This document shows, piece by piece, positions 1 to 10,700 of a stretch of 64,000 nt of DNA. Made by a program: the position numbers and the translations under genes. Where the stretch lies: NCBI GenBank assembly GCA_000004985.1, contig GG738905.1. One strand, written 5' to 3'. The notes beneath the pieces were generated by a model. It worked only from the letters and a program-made list of their open reading frames with translations. It did not search any database and was not told the DNA's origin. Every line of letters starts with the position of its first letter. The first letter of the stretch is position 1. This DNA is from Naegleria gruberi. Its lineage: Eukaryota.

Positions 1-19
1 TTCCACTCATTCCTTCCTT

Positions 20-1006
20 ATGGTATGCTCAAAATGCAATAATCTCTTTGCTACCTTTATTCCACCAAAACAGGATTCAACATTGAAGGAGCCAGTCTTT
101 CCTGAACGATTTAAAACACATCCATTCACATTTGGAGTTCTTTTAGGAGATAATAAGAGAAGAAATGTTGCATTTACACCTAGGTTTTCTGAGGAAGATG
201 GAGAACAATTGTTTATTCCAACATTGTGTCAACCTGATTCGAAATATTTGGAAGAGGAATTTGATTGTAGGAAAATTCAAGAATCAGACCTTGCAGAAAT
301 GAAAGATAAATGTAAAATGGCTAGGGATATGGGAAAACTATTGAGATTATTTTGTAAGAAGTGTGGAACTAAGGTTGGCTCAATTTTAAAAGAACCACTC
401 CAATTGTCAGTTACTGAAGATATCAAATTACCTTTTAATACTTTTATGGATCAAGAGGATTGTTCCATAGTCGAGAAATGTCACTGCAACCATTCAGACT
501 CAGTCGATATGAATACGTATATTAACAGTGAAAATATTGTCAATGTTTCAGATTCTTCAACATTTAGAAAAGTTTCTTTGGGTGAATGGAAGTATAGCTC
601 ATTAGCTAGTATGCTTTTTGATATGCCAGACGTTCCACCAAAGAATTCATCAACTCACCATAACCGAAATAGGAATTACCACAATAATAATAGCAATAAC
701 AATGGAAGAGGAAGGTTCCCACAAAGAAAGTTCAATAATAATCAACCACACAGAAGAAACAATCAAAGACCAAAATCATCCAATCCACAGCAACAACAAC
801 AACAGAAACAGCAATCCTCTCAGAAAGTTCAATCACCACCACAACGAACACAAGAATCAACAACAACAAACAAAGAAGGTGGTGGCAAATCAAAGAAGAA
901 GCGATCCCAAAAGAGAAAGAAAAAGAACAACTCCAATGAACCAGAAAATAAGAAGATTAAAGTTGAAGCATCAACCACTACCACTCCTTCAAATTCTCAA
1001 AATTAA
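20..1006 (+). CDS. hypothetical protein with Cys-containing N-terminal region and strongly basic Q/N/K/R-rich C-terminal tail (nuclear-localisation-like)
   Basis: Uninterrupted 328-aa ORF starting at a real ATG (pos 20). CxxC...CxxC...HC motifs around aa 5-160. Tail of poly-Q/N and KKKRSQKRKKK. No recognisable catalytic domain. Confidence 0.45.
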   Translation: MVCSKCNNLFATFIPPKQDSTLKEPVFPERFKTHPFTFGVLLGDNKRRNVAFTPRFSEEDGEQLFIPTLCQPDSKYLEEEFDCRKIQESDLAEMKDKCKMARDMGKLLRLFCKKCGTKVGSILKEPLQLSVTEDIKLPFNTFMDQEDCSIVEKCHCNHSDSVDMNTYINSENIVNVSDSSTFRKVSLGEWKYSSLASMLFDMPDVPPKNSSTHHNRNRNYHNNNSNNNGRGRFPQRKFNNNQPHRRNNQRPKSSNPQQQQQQKQQSSQKVQSPPQRTQESTTTNKEGGGKSKKKRSQKRKKKNNSNEPENKKIKVEASTTTTPSNSQN

Positions 1007-1056
1007 AGATTTCACATATTTGTGGAATAATTTTTCACTTTTAATTACAAAAAAAA

Positions 1057-3036
1057 ATGTTTTCAAATCTACCACCAGAGATTTTGTACCAAATATTCGC
1101 GTACTATGTCAATCCGTATAATTTGATTGACAATTTGATGGTCTGGCGACAATTAAACATGTCAACCTATTCGATGCTCGAGACGAGTTCTACCTTGTCA
1201 CTATTATTGAACATGTCTATTCGTGATCCATTGGTATTGCAGGCTCCGAGCAGAACTAAATATTATGAACCGTATGGTTTTGTTTTGGATGCTGATAATT
1301 TAGATGATGATGATGATGATGAGGATGAAAAACTTGCATTGAAGAATGGTAATACGGAAGGAGTTGAAAATAATGCTCGTAAAGAAGAAGAAGAAAATAA
1401 TGAAGATGATGATGATGAGGAAGATGAAGAAGGAGAACAGAAATTATTTTACAATAGTCATTGTTTTATTGATCAATTGCTTTTACGTTCTTTACAAAAT
1501 CAATTTATTGGAAGAATGGGAAATAGAGATAAACATCATGAATGGAAGTACAAGACAAGGAATGGAGAGTTGTGTGATCCAAGTGAATATGATTGTTTCA
1601 AAGATGGCCCACAATTTCATGATAAGTTTGAGGAATGGATTGATGCCTACTCTGAGAAGAAGAGTTGGATTTTGCAATTATTGTTGGAAATTAGTCTTGG
1701 AAGGGAAATGATTGAGTATTTGGGGATGAGGAATGTTGGATTTTGCATTGTGCAATATTTTCACAAATTGTTCGAACCTGCCATTCGAACTGTTGAAAAT
1801 TGGAAGGAAAATCCAAAGTCAATTTTGGAATTTTCTGATATTTTCAATAGCAATTTATATGAATTGTTAGAGATGGCCATGAAGAAGGAAACAATTCTCA
1901 AGGATAACATGTCAGATTTCTGGTTTCAAATGGAAACAATTTCAAATTCAATTCCTAGACAAGTTATTTTGTTTATTGCTGAAAACTTTTCACATCTGAA
2001 TATTCGCTTAGGCGAGGGAGAGGAAATGACATGCTCTGTGTTTATATTCCAAGAACTGAGAAAGTTTGGTATTTGTGTGGAGAAGCTCCAATTCTTGGAT
2101 AAACGATCTAAATTTGGAAACTTTGAAAGAACTAGCTTTCTCAACTCGGTCATACCAGAAATTTCCGATGGGTTTTACTTGCAACACTTTGCTGTATGGA
2201 TTAAGAGCATTCCTCTATTAGAATGGTGTTTGGATGTAGATTCAACCCAAATGAATCAAACATTGGCCGAATGTTTACAAAAACCAAACCAATCAATTCT
2301 AAATGTGAAAATGAATTCCTATGCCAAAACCTATCTTGTTGACAAGCTACCATTTACTATTCTACACTATGCTGTATCGATGTGCAATGTTGAAATGGTT
2401 GAATTGTTGACCAACAAATATTTGGCAAATCCAGTGTTTGAAACTACATATCATGCAGTGAGTCCTCTCTCTTTAGCTATAAGAAATAGTAAGAATGTTG
2501 GAAAGGGAAGAAACAATGAAGAGGATGAAATTATGAAAATATTTTCCAAGCATTATCAAAGTGAAATTGAAAAACAAGGCACCAGTTCATCTGTGGGAAG
2601 TGAATCCAAAACTTTCGAAACTGATGGAAGAACGTATGAGGAAGATAATAGTGACCTAGATGAAGAATACTATTCAGATTATTCTTATGATATTCCTCCC
2701 CATCAAAATGTTGTTGTGGAACAATGGAATACTAAAATTTACGATACTCTTGGAGTCACTGACTTTAGTGACGATGAGTACGAGGAGGGATTAGATTTCA
2801 AGCAATTAGGCCACATTTTTAAAAACTTGGAAAATGAAGCAAATAATCCCCTCAAAAGAAAGAGATTTGATCCATTGGCATTCGAAGATTATTCACAAAA
2901 TTTCATTGAAAATAGATTGAAAAATACGATTGCACCTTTTGAATCCAATACATGGGATTACGACCTCAAGCAGGAGTTTGAAGGAGAGTTGACAGAAAAT
3001 ATTCCAGCCATTAAAATTCTGCAAGAGAAGGTGTAA
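1057..3036 (+). CDS. F-box-like protein with acidic D/E stretch
   Basis: 659-aa ORF with a real ATG. N-terminus LPPEILYQIFAYYVNPYNLIDNL matches the F-box consensus (LPxEIL..IF..L). Poly-D/E block at 1300-1440 nt. Stop TAA lies 14 nt before a scaffold gap. Confidence 0.5.
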   Translation: MFSNLPPEILYQIFAYYVNPYNLIDNLMVWRQLNMSTYSMLETSSTLSLLLNMSIRDPLVLQAPSRTKYYEPYGFVLDADNLDDDDDDEDEKLALKNGNTEGVENNARKEEEENNEDDDDEEDEEGEQKLFYNSHCFIDQLLLRSLQNQFIGRMGNRDKHHEWKYKTRNGELCDPSEYDCFKDGPQFHDKFEEWIDAYSEKKSWILQLLLEISLGREMIEYLGMRNVGFCIVQYFHKLFEPAIRTVENWKENPKSILEFSDIFNSNLYELLEMAMKKETILKDNMSDFWFQMETISNSIPRQVILFIAENFSHLNIRLGEGEEMTCSVFIFQELRKFGICVEKLQFLDKRSKFGNFERTSFLNSVIPEISDGFYLQHFAVWIKSIPLLEWCLDVDSTQMNQTLAECLQKPNQSILNVKMNSYAKTYLVDKLPFTILHYAVSMCNVEMVELLTNKYLANPVFETTYHAVSPLSLAIRNSKNVGKGRNNEEDEIMKIFSKHYQSEIEKQGTSSSVGSESKTFETDGRTYEEDNSDLDEEYYSDYSYDIPPHQNVVVEQWNTKIYDTLGVTDFSDDEYEEGLDFKQLGHIFKNLENEANNPLKRKRFDPLAFEDYSQNFIENRLKNTIAPFESNTWDYDLKQEFEGELTENIPAIKILQEKV

Positions 3037-3049
3037 AAAGAGAAAATGA

Positions 3050-3099
3050 NNNNNNNNNNNNNNNNNNNNNNNNNNNNNNNNNNNNNNNNNNNNNNNNNN
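3050..3099. other. assembly gap (50 N)
   Basis: Run of n characters read directly from the sequence. Confidence 0.98.
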
Positions 3100-3131
3100 T
3101 TGATAACATTTCTTCATGCTCATCTGACAGT

Positions 3132-3380
3132 ATGGTTTCGAATGCTTGCCAACTTAAAATGATTCTGAAATCAAATGAGGAAACAATTTTCGCCGATAAT
3201 ACCTGCATCTCTTGCAAGACCCTTGCCGATTACAAAGAAATGAATCCTGAATTGATTTGCACAACTGGAGATGGTTTTCCAACCATTATAGAATCACACC
3301 AATCTTACGATTATGAAATTAAATTCACAGAGAGCAGAGAAGAAGCAATTCATTGGATGAATGGCAAGTTATTCAATTAA
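3132..3380 (+). CDS. small orphan ORF (82 aa); could be a terminal exon of a gene interrupted by the gap
   Basis: ORF begins 33 nt after the gap. No recognisable domain. Codon usage is similar to neighbouring genes. Confidence 0.2.
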   Translation: MVSNACQLKMILKSNEETIFADNTCISCKTLADYKEMNPELICTTGDGFPTIIESHQSYDYEIKFTESREEAIHWMNGKLFN

Positions 3381-3388
3381 GGACTTTA

Positions 3389-4303
3389 TTAATCTGCAAA
3401 TCCAGAACCTCCATGGCTTGAGGAGCCACCTCCACCACCACCACCTCCTCCTCCAAAATCATTCGAAGTGGTATAATTGGTATCATTGAAAGAGGAATAA
3501 TTACCACCACTCCCATCACCACCATTTCCTCCACCACCTCCACCTTTTCTATTCCTCAAAACACAAAATAATATCAGACCTGTAAGGAGGAAAGTTCCAC
3601 CAATTACACTAAGGATAATGGCTGCATTGATGGCACTTTGGTCAATTAGGCATTTATCGTATTGGTTGGAATTGGTACGAAAGGTTACGGATGGGGTGTA
3701 TTGAGAAATGAGATTTGATTTCTGATAGAAAATGGAATATTGTTGATTGGAATTGAGTGTGAGAATTCCATTGCTGTCAGGAGTTGGGGGATTTGAGAAA
3801 TCAATAGTGGAATCAAAGATGAATGTGGAATTTAGATTTAAAATCTTGTAATTATCCTTGTAATAATACGAAACTTGATAAGCCTTTTGACTTTCAGTTT
3901 GGAAGAAACTGTTCGATCCAGAAATAGTATACGAAAGTTTAAAGGATAGTACAGTTATTCCATTTTCAGGAGTTGACGGCTCCAAATACAGTACTACATA
4001 TGGACTTTCACTAATTTTCTGATACTCACTTCTAATGTTATATCCATTATCCGAAACTAAAGTCACAGAACGATCATATGCATTGGAAGCGAGTGGAGGT
4101 AATGCTCTTCCAATTCTAGAAAAGGTTCCATTAAATTCATATTGAAAATATTCAACAATTTTCAATGAACAATCTCCGTTTCGAATATAAATTTCAGAAG
4201 AAAGTGATTGTAGTGAGTAGGATTTGGCAGTTGAAGAATTGGTCATGGCTGCTAGCAGCAGTAAAGCTATTAGAAATGCAGACAACAGGACGAAGATTCG
4301 CAT
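3389..4303 (-). CDS. type I membrane glycoprotein: signal peptide, extracellular domain, single TM, Gly-rich cytoplasmic tail
   Basis: Real ATG at 4303-4301. N-terminal hydrophobic MRIFVLLSAFLIALLLLAAM followed by multiple N-x-S/T sites. TM AAIILSVIGGTFLLTGLILFCVL then basic RNRK and poly-G. Single exon. Confidence 0.55.
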   Translation of the reverse strand: MRIFVLLSAFLIALLLLAAMTNSSTAKSYSLQSLSSEIYIRNGDCSLKIVEYFQYEFNGTFSRIGRALPPLASNAYDRSVTLVSDNGYNIRSEYQKISESPYVVLYLEPSTPENGITVLSFKLSYTISGSNSFFQTESQKAYQVSYYYKDNYKILNLNSTFIFDSTIDFSNPPTPDSNGILTLNSNQQYSIFYQKSNLISQYTPSVTFRTNSNQYDKCLIDQSAINAAIILSVIGGTFLLTGLILFCVLRNRKGGGGGGNGGDGSGGNYSSFNDTNYTTSNDFGGGGGGGGGGSSSHGGSGFAD

Positions 4304-4723
4304 TCTAATATTTTTTTTAATGTGTGTGAAAATTGATGTAAATTAGAAAGCTAATATTTGCGCGAGAAATAATTGCATTCGCCATTTTGAGAAAGCATGT
4401 TACCTGATTTTGATTATAATAACGAACTTTTCATTACATAAATTTTGTTGTTCTATCTACAAACAATGTTGTAAATAAAGATGAAGAACTGAGGTGGTGC
4501 CCTATTAAAAAAAAAATAATAATTATTTTGAAGGGATATTACAAGACGTTGGGAGTTTTCCAACAGAAATTAACAATTCATGACATTGAGTGAAATTGCA
4601 GATTTAACAAGTCAAATAGTGGTTAGAACCTGCACCGATTCTTCGGAAGAATTGTTGAATATTTTGATGAATGGTTGGAATGTATTTATTGTTGTATTTA
4701 TGGATCGGTGTAATGGAACACAT

Positions 4724-5189
4724 TCATTTAGTAATTTCTTTCAATTCATTAAGGTGCAACACTTGAACGTCATACGTATTACTCAATGTGTGAACACCAT
4801 AATCATTTGAAAGAAGCTTTACATTATTATTAATGCAAACGTTTTCTTTGAGATATTTGGCTGTCAAAATAATTTCCTCATCCCATGTAATATCTCCAAC
4901 CAACATGCTCCTAATATATTTCTGAACATCTTCTACAGGTTCATTATGTCTCAATGAACCTAATGAATCAGTAATTTGTTGTAGAGCTACTATTTTTTTC
5001 CTCAAAGCATTATCATTCTTCAAGCCATCCAATTCTATAAGAACTCTCCTGGGGAAACAAACTAACTCACCTAATAATTCAATGTAATCAAATACCTTTT
5101 GAGTTTCATCAATTTTCATGGTTATCAAAATATTGGTGTCAAACACCCAAATGCCAGTTATTGGTTTAACTAAATGATGAACAGTGCTG
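4724..5189 (-). CDS. PIN-domain-like protein, 5' end lost in the scaffold gap
   Basis: The frame stays open upstream of the listed M up to the N-run (..PITGIWVFDTNILITMK..). The VFDTNILI motif resembles PIN-domain motif I. The N-terminus is missing in the gap. Confidence 0.45.
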
Positions 5190-5239
5190 NNNNNNNNNNN
5201 NNNNNNNNNNNNNNNNNNNNNNNNNNNNNNNNNNNNNNN
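5190..5239. other. assembly gap (50 N)
   Basis: Run of n characters. Genes on both strands run into it. Confidence 0.98.
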
Positions 5240-7631
5240 AGCGTAAGTTTGGATTCACTTTGTTGACATTAAGATGTTAATTTTCGAAAATTCAGATGGT
5301 GAAATTGTTGAGTGCTACTCTTTAGAACCATTCATTGAGGGAGAATATCAAAAATATTTTAGTAATAGTGGAGAAGTGCCATGTATTGCGGCAGCCATCC
5401 AGTCTCCAGAAGTAATGGCATTATTCCAGACCTCCCAAACGTTCTCCCATTGGACATATGAAATAACCAAACAAAATTTAATAGTTACAGATATTCAGGG
5501 TGTGAAATATAGAATGACAGATCCAGCAATTTCCTCAGTAGGTCAATTATATGGAGAAACAGACACTGGTGAGGAAGGATTTAAAGACTTTTTTGAAGCT
5601 CACTATTGTAATGAACTTTGTTTAAAACTTGGATTGAAACATCCAAACGGTGATTTGTACATGGAACATCCATCTCTTCCAAAAACAATTTCAAACACAA
5701 TTGACCATGTAGACTTCTGTTCAGGATACTGTTGTGGAAACTATATTGAATACAAGATTGGTGAGAAAACACCAGATGGCACGCTTTTTTGCAACAAATG
5801 TAACCAGCGTAATAGTATAACTGAAAAGAAAGTTTGTAAAAAGAAAGGATGTTCCCTTAAATTTGAAATTGAAAGATGGTATTGGGTATCAACTGGAAAA
5901 CATCCACCAACCAAATGTCATCTACACAGAGGAACTATAGCATCTGAATTAAGGGATTGGAAGAAAAACAAAACCCTACCAAATGGAGCTCTCTTCACTC
6001 AAGAAGAAATGCAAAATCAATTAGATAAGGATCCAGATTTGAAAAAGCAATTTGAGAAGAGTATCATCCAAGAAAAGAAACCAGATTTATTTAATACTGT
6101 TGTTATTTCAAATCTCCCTGCTAGAACAAATTCCATGGATATCTTTAATATGCTTCCCCCTTTCTTCACTAATAGAAATCAGAAAGTGAAAGTCACTGAA
6201 CTTGAAGTGCCTTCAACCTTCAGCATTGAGTTTGAGAATGAACCAATTGCGTTAGAGGCATATCAAATTCTTGGATCATACATCCATAGAAGAAGATTAA
6301 TTGTTTGTAGACCTCTACAACACAAACATGAATCAGTGAAACTGGATAAAAGCTCCATCAATATTCAGTTGTCAAAGTATCCAAATGTTAAATGCAGTGA
6401 TATTTTACAATATTTCAAGGATTCGAATTACAAAATTCAAGACAAGTACTATGAGGAAAACAAGTTTGCAAATTTCACATTCTCTGATCCCTCAATAGCA
6501 CCAACCTTGGTCTCAAAAGGTTTATCTATTGATGGCACACTTGTTAAAGTTGTTTATAAGAAGGAGAAGCCAATTACTAAACAAGATGTACCACTAAAGA
6601 ATTTTAAGGAAAAGAAAATAGAAATTGATGAAAACGTTGACAAGACATCTGTACACATCAAATGGAGACCTAAAAATCCATCCGAATCTGTTCAGTTGCA
6701 AGAGATTGATCTTTTAAAACTTTTGAACCAATCTGACATTTTTAAGAAGAAATTCAATTCTGCTAAATCATTTATGCAAATTACTTTCAAATCAGAACAA
6801 TCTGCAGCATTATTGATTAAAAATGGTTTAAAGTTGCCAAACTTCAAGTTTACAATCAATTTCAAGAAGATACAAGAAAATGAAAGGAGCAATGATTGTA
6901 ATGAAAAACGAGTACAAAGTGAGGCCAAATCCAAAAAAGAAAAGCAATATCCAAAGGTTGTGGCAAACTCGCTTACTCCAACATCTGATTCAACTACCAA
7001 AAATCTTAAAAGCAATATTTCAACATCTAACAATCAATCACCCAAGCAACAAAATATTTCTAAAATGCAAAATTTGATGTTTGTTTTTGATATTAACACA
7101 CTTTTGAAAATTGGTAATTTACGTAATTTACTAGGACAATTTCTAGAAAACCACATCCAGTTTTGTGTTCCAGATATTAAATTGGACGAAATGAACGAAG
7201 ACACGTTTGCGGTTCAAAATTTAGTAGATGAATTCAAAGAAATCAATGTACAAGTTCCTGATGAATCAAATAATCTCACTTTAAGAACTCTTAAAGTAAC
7301 CAAAAAGGTGTCTGACAATTATCCAAATAGGAATGTTATGCTTGTGACAGATGATAAAGAATTGAAAGCTAACGCAGATAAATTCAGATTGAATGTTATC
7401 AATAGCTCAGCAATGAATCAATTAATTAGACAGTCAAGCGTAAATAATTCAGTACCAAAGCCAATACCATCAATTTCCAATCCATCACAAAAATCTACAA
7501 CTATTCCAACAACTAATACTGTTGAAACAATTATCATAGAACCATCTAATCAAAGAACAACCAACACACCTGTACCTGTTCCTGTTTTGCAAAGTATGAC
7601 CAAACTGATTAGTCATGGAAAGAGAAAATGA
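5240..7631 (+). CDS. alpha-kinase-family protein (C-lobe only visible) fused to an RRM-like segment and a C-terminal PIN-like domain; 5' exons missing in the gap
   Basis: First ~120 aa (LEPFIEGEYQKYFSNSGE...QTFSHWTYE...LIVTDIQGV..MTDPAI..GETDTGEEGFKDFFEAHYCNELCLKLGL) match the conserved C-terminal half of the alpha-kinase catalytic domain (MHCK/eEF2K family). The visible sequence starts mid-domain. agc|gtaagtttggattcactttgttgacattaag|ATG directly after the gap looks like a 31-nt intron (5243-5273), so upstream exon(s) lie in or beyond the gap. Residues ~265-340 (VVISNLPAR..LIVCRP) are RRM-like. The C-terminus FVFDINTLLK...VMLVTDDKEL is PIN-like. Confidence 0.55.
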
Positions 7632-7772
7632 ATCTAAATCAAAAAATAGACTATTATTAAATAATTTTTATTTTTGGATAATTATTGGATGAGAACAAAT
7701 GTTTGTTACAAACAATACCCTATTGATCGTCCACTGCGAAAGCTTTATGAATGGCAACTATTCATGAGTACT

Positions 7773-10700
7773 CTAATGGAGAGAAATGATAGCTTGTTTT
7801 TCCACATGTTGAGCACTTGAAGACATTCTCAAATTATCTAAACTCATTCTCAATGCAGAATCTCCTCCTCTAAAAACCTCCAAAGTTCCCTCCCTTAAAT
7901 CATCTTCCTTATTTGGTTCGTGAATGTATGTTTTCATTTGACCTTTTCCTTTCACTTCGACATATCGTTCTTGGAATTCGTGTTTATCTTTGAGTCGTTG
8001 ATAGCATGTTTCGGTTACTTGAATGAATCCTGCAGGGCATGTACTTTCCATTCTTGAAGCAGTCTTTGATAATGTTATTTAAATTGTAAAGTGTGAAAAA
8101 TAAACTTACATTCACAGCATCAGACCAGACATCGTAGGCATATTTCAATACTCCACAAACTCCTGCAACTATTGGTCCAGAGTTAATGCCAACTCTTATT
8201 CCAATATTCAATCCATGATCCTCACAAAACAATTGAACTACTTCTGACAACTTGACAGCAAATGTGAAAGTTCTTTCCACATGATGAGCTTCATTCATAC
8301 CATCAGGTTTCAATCCAGCAGTACAGAAATACTTGGATCCAATTGTCTTTATCTTTTCCAAATTGAAATTGATGGTCAAGTCATCAAATTCATGAATAAT
8401 TTCATTCAAAGTTTGAACCAAATCAAAAGCAGATAAATTCAAATCCAATAATCCAACAATATCACTAAACAAAATGGTTACATCATCGAACTTGTCAGCA
8501 ATCAGAGTTTCTCCTGCAATCAGACGTTGAGCTACACTCTCTGGCATGATATTCATCAAGAGAGATTCGCTTTTTTTCTTTTCCTCAGCTAGTTCCTTAA
8601 CTTGTACTTTGTGTTCTGAAATATCACGCATGAAACATGAAATGATGTTTCGTCCTTCTAGTGCCGAAACTGAAATTCTCAATTCAACTGGGAATGATGA
8701 AGAATTCTTTCTTAAACCATTTAGTTCAAGAGTTTCAGAATAGCTTGTGGCAGAAACTCCCATTTTGGAAATGACTGGTTCTAGATTGGCAGCTGATTCC
8801 TTGTCAAATAATTTGTGGAGTGGAAATCCAATAATTTGATCTCCTCTGAATCCAAATAACTTTTCAGAAGCATTGTTGAAAATGTCAATTGTGCCACTTG
8901 ATGAGCAAATGACAGCACTCGTTAAGGCAGCTTCTAGAATGGCTCTTTCTTTTGTCGTTTTGAATTTGTTTTTCGATCTGGACTTTCCATTAGATAAGAG
9001 ATGGAAGAAGATATAGTTTCGAATATCGTCATTGGTATCCAATATTTCCCATGGAATGTAATTGAACAATTTTCTGAGAACATAATTTTCATTCTCAATG
9101 GTAGAGGTATACGTGTAGGTAATCCATGTCAGAAATAGCAATAATGGACAACCTAGGACAGCTGACAGTATTGTCATCAATGGTTGTTCTTGGAAAAAGT
9201 TGTAATAACAGAGTTTGTTTAAGGTTTCCAAATTGGTGAGTAGTACTATGGAATGATCAAAGAGAAATTCTGCCAATTCATTGATTTGTTTCATTTCTAG
9301 AGAGATAGTTTCGTTTGAGATTAGTAATTGATTGAAATTCAAAATGCTAGTTCTGAACTGCCCTATTTGGGTATCCAAAGATTGACAATCAAAATGAGAA
9401 CAATTAGTTGGCAATGTCAATAATAAATTGTCGATATTCGGATTGAATCCACTCAAACTAAAGTAATCATCAATTTGAGAACCATATCTCAACATATTCC
9501 AGTTTCTGTCAAATAAACTCATATCTGCCAATAATCTGTCATGAAATTTAACTCTCTTCTCATAATCTGCAATTGAAGCTACTTGAAGAAGATCATATCT
9601 TAAACTCTGAGATATATGCATTGATTGTGCTGTAGATTCCAACTTGTAAAGTCCATGTTCCAATATTTTCAATTTTCTGAAAATATCAGCAACGATCAAA
9701 GACATGGTTGCTGTGGCCACAATGAAGGACAAACAAACAACAATTACCAAAAAACTATTGGATGAGATACTATCCTTTGTGGAGTCTACATTCGTACCAT
9801 CCTTATCAATCAATCTCTCCATTCCAATAATGACCTTCTTGGATTCGTCTTTTGGAATTTTCTTAAACAAGTTTAGGATTTGTTTTCTCTGGTGAAGGAA
9901 TTTAAAACTACAAAAACCATTGAAAATCAAATATAGAAAGAAAATTAATCCAATAAATGATGATAAGGCAATGTAAGCATATGAATAGTTCCTTAATTCG
10001 CCTTGTTGGAATTGAAGAGTTTTTTGGAAGAAATCTAACATTCCATCTGAGAATGCTACTCGATTCATTTCAATGAAATTCAATAATTCTTGACTGATCT
10101 TCAAGTTGGATGTGTTTGTGGAAATAATTGTTTCAGATAGAACTCGTTTCGTCTTTTTCACAAACCATGAAGTTGAGGAATTTTTGTAAACTTGATTATC
10201 AAGAAGGAGAGTCTTGTCTTGTTTAGTATACAATAAGGAAACCAATTCATTGAATGAGAAGGAATCGAATAGAGTTTCGAACGAGTCAATCTTTGCAAGG
10301 TCGTTTTCCAGAACGTTCTGAAATGATTTTCTATACTCTAAAGATGAGCTATAATTCAAAGTTGACATTGCTCCAATATTTCCATTCACATTCGAAACTC
10401 CACAAAGTGTAGAAGTCGGAATTGAACTCAACATGGCAGATTTCAACAAAATATCGAATACACTATCATTCTGTGTAAATGAAAGTCCAACAATTAACAA
10501 AATTGCAATCAACACAATCGAAACCAAACCAGAGCTCACAATAAAATAAAACGTCGTTCTATTCTCATCCTTCTTATGAAGTGCCGAGCTGAAAACTTCT
10601 TGTTGCTTATCAGCTTGATCCATCAACTCTTCTGGTTGTTGTTCACTTACAGAGATGGAATCAAAGGCCTCATCATTGACATTCTCACTGAACATGTCGA

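Noticed and set aside
618-1121. 167-aa plus-strand ORF overlapping the 3' end of gene 20..1006 in another frame
   Set aside because: Alternative frame of a poly-Q/N/K coding region. It bridges two real genes and has no independent support.
1346-1711. 121-aa K/M-rich ORF inside the F-box gene
   Set aside because: Alternative frame of the acidic D/E-coding stretch (GAT/GAA repeats read as K/M).
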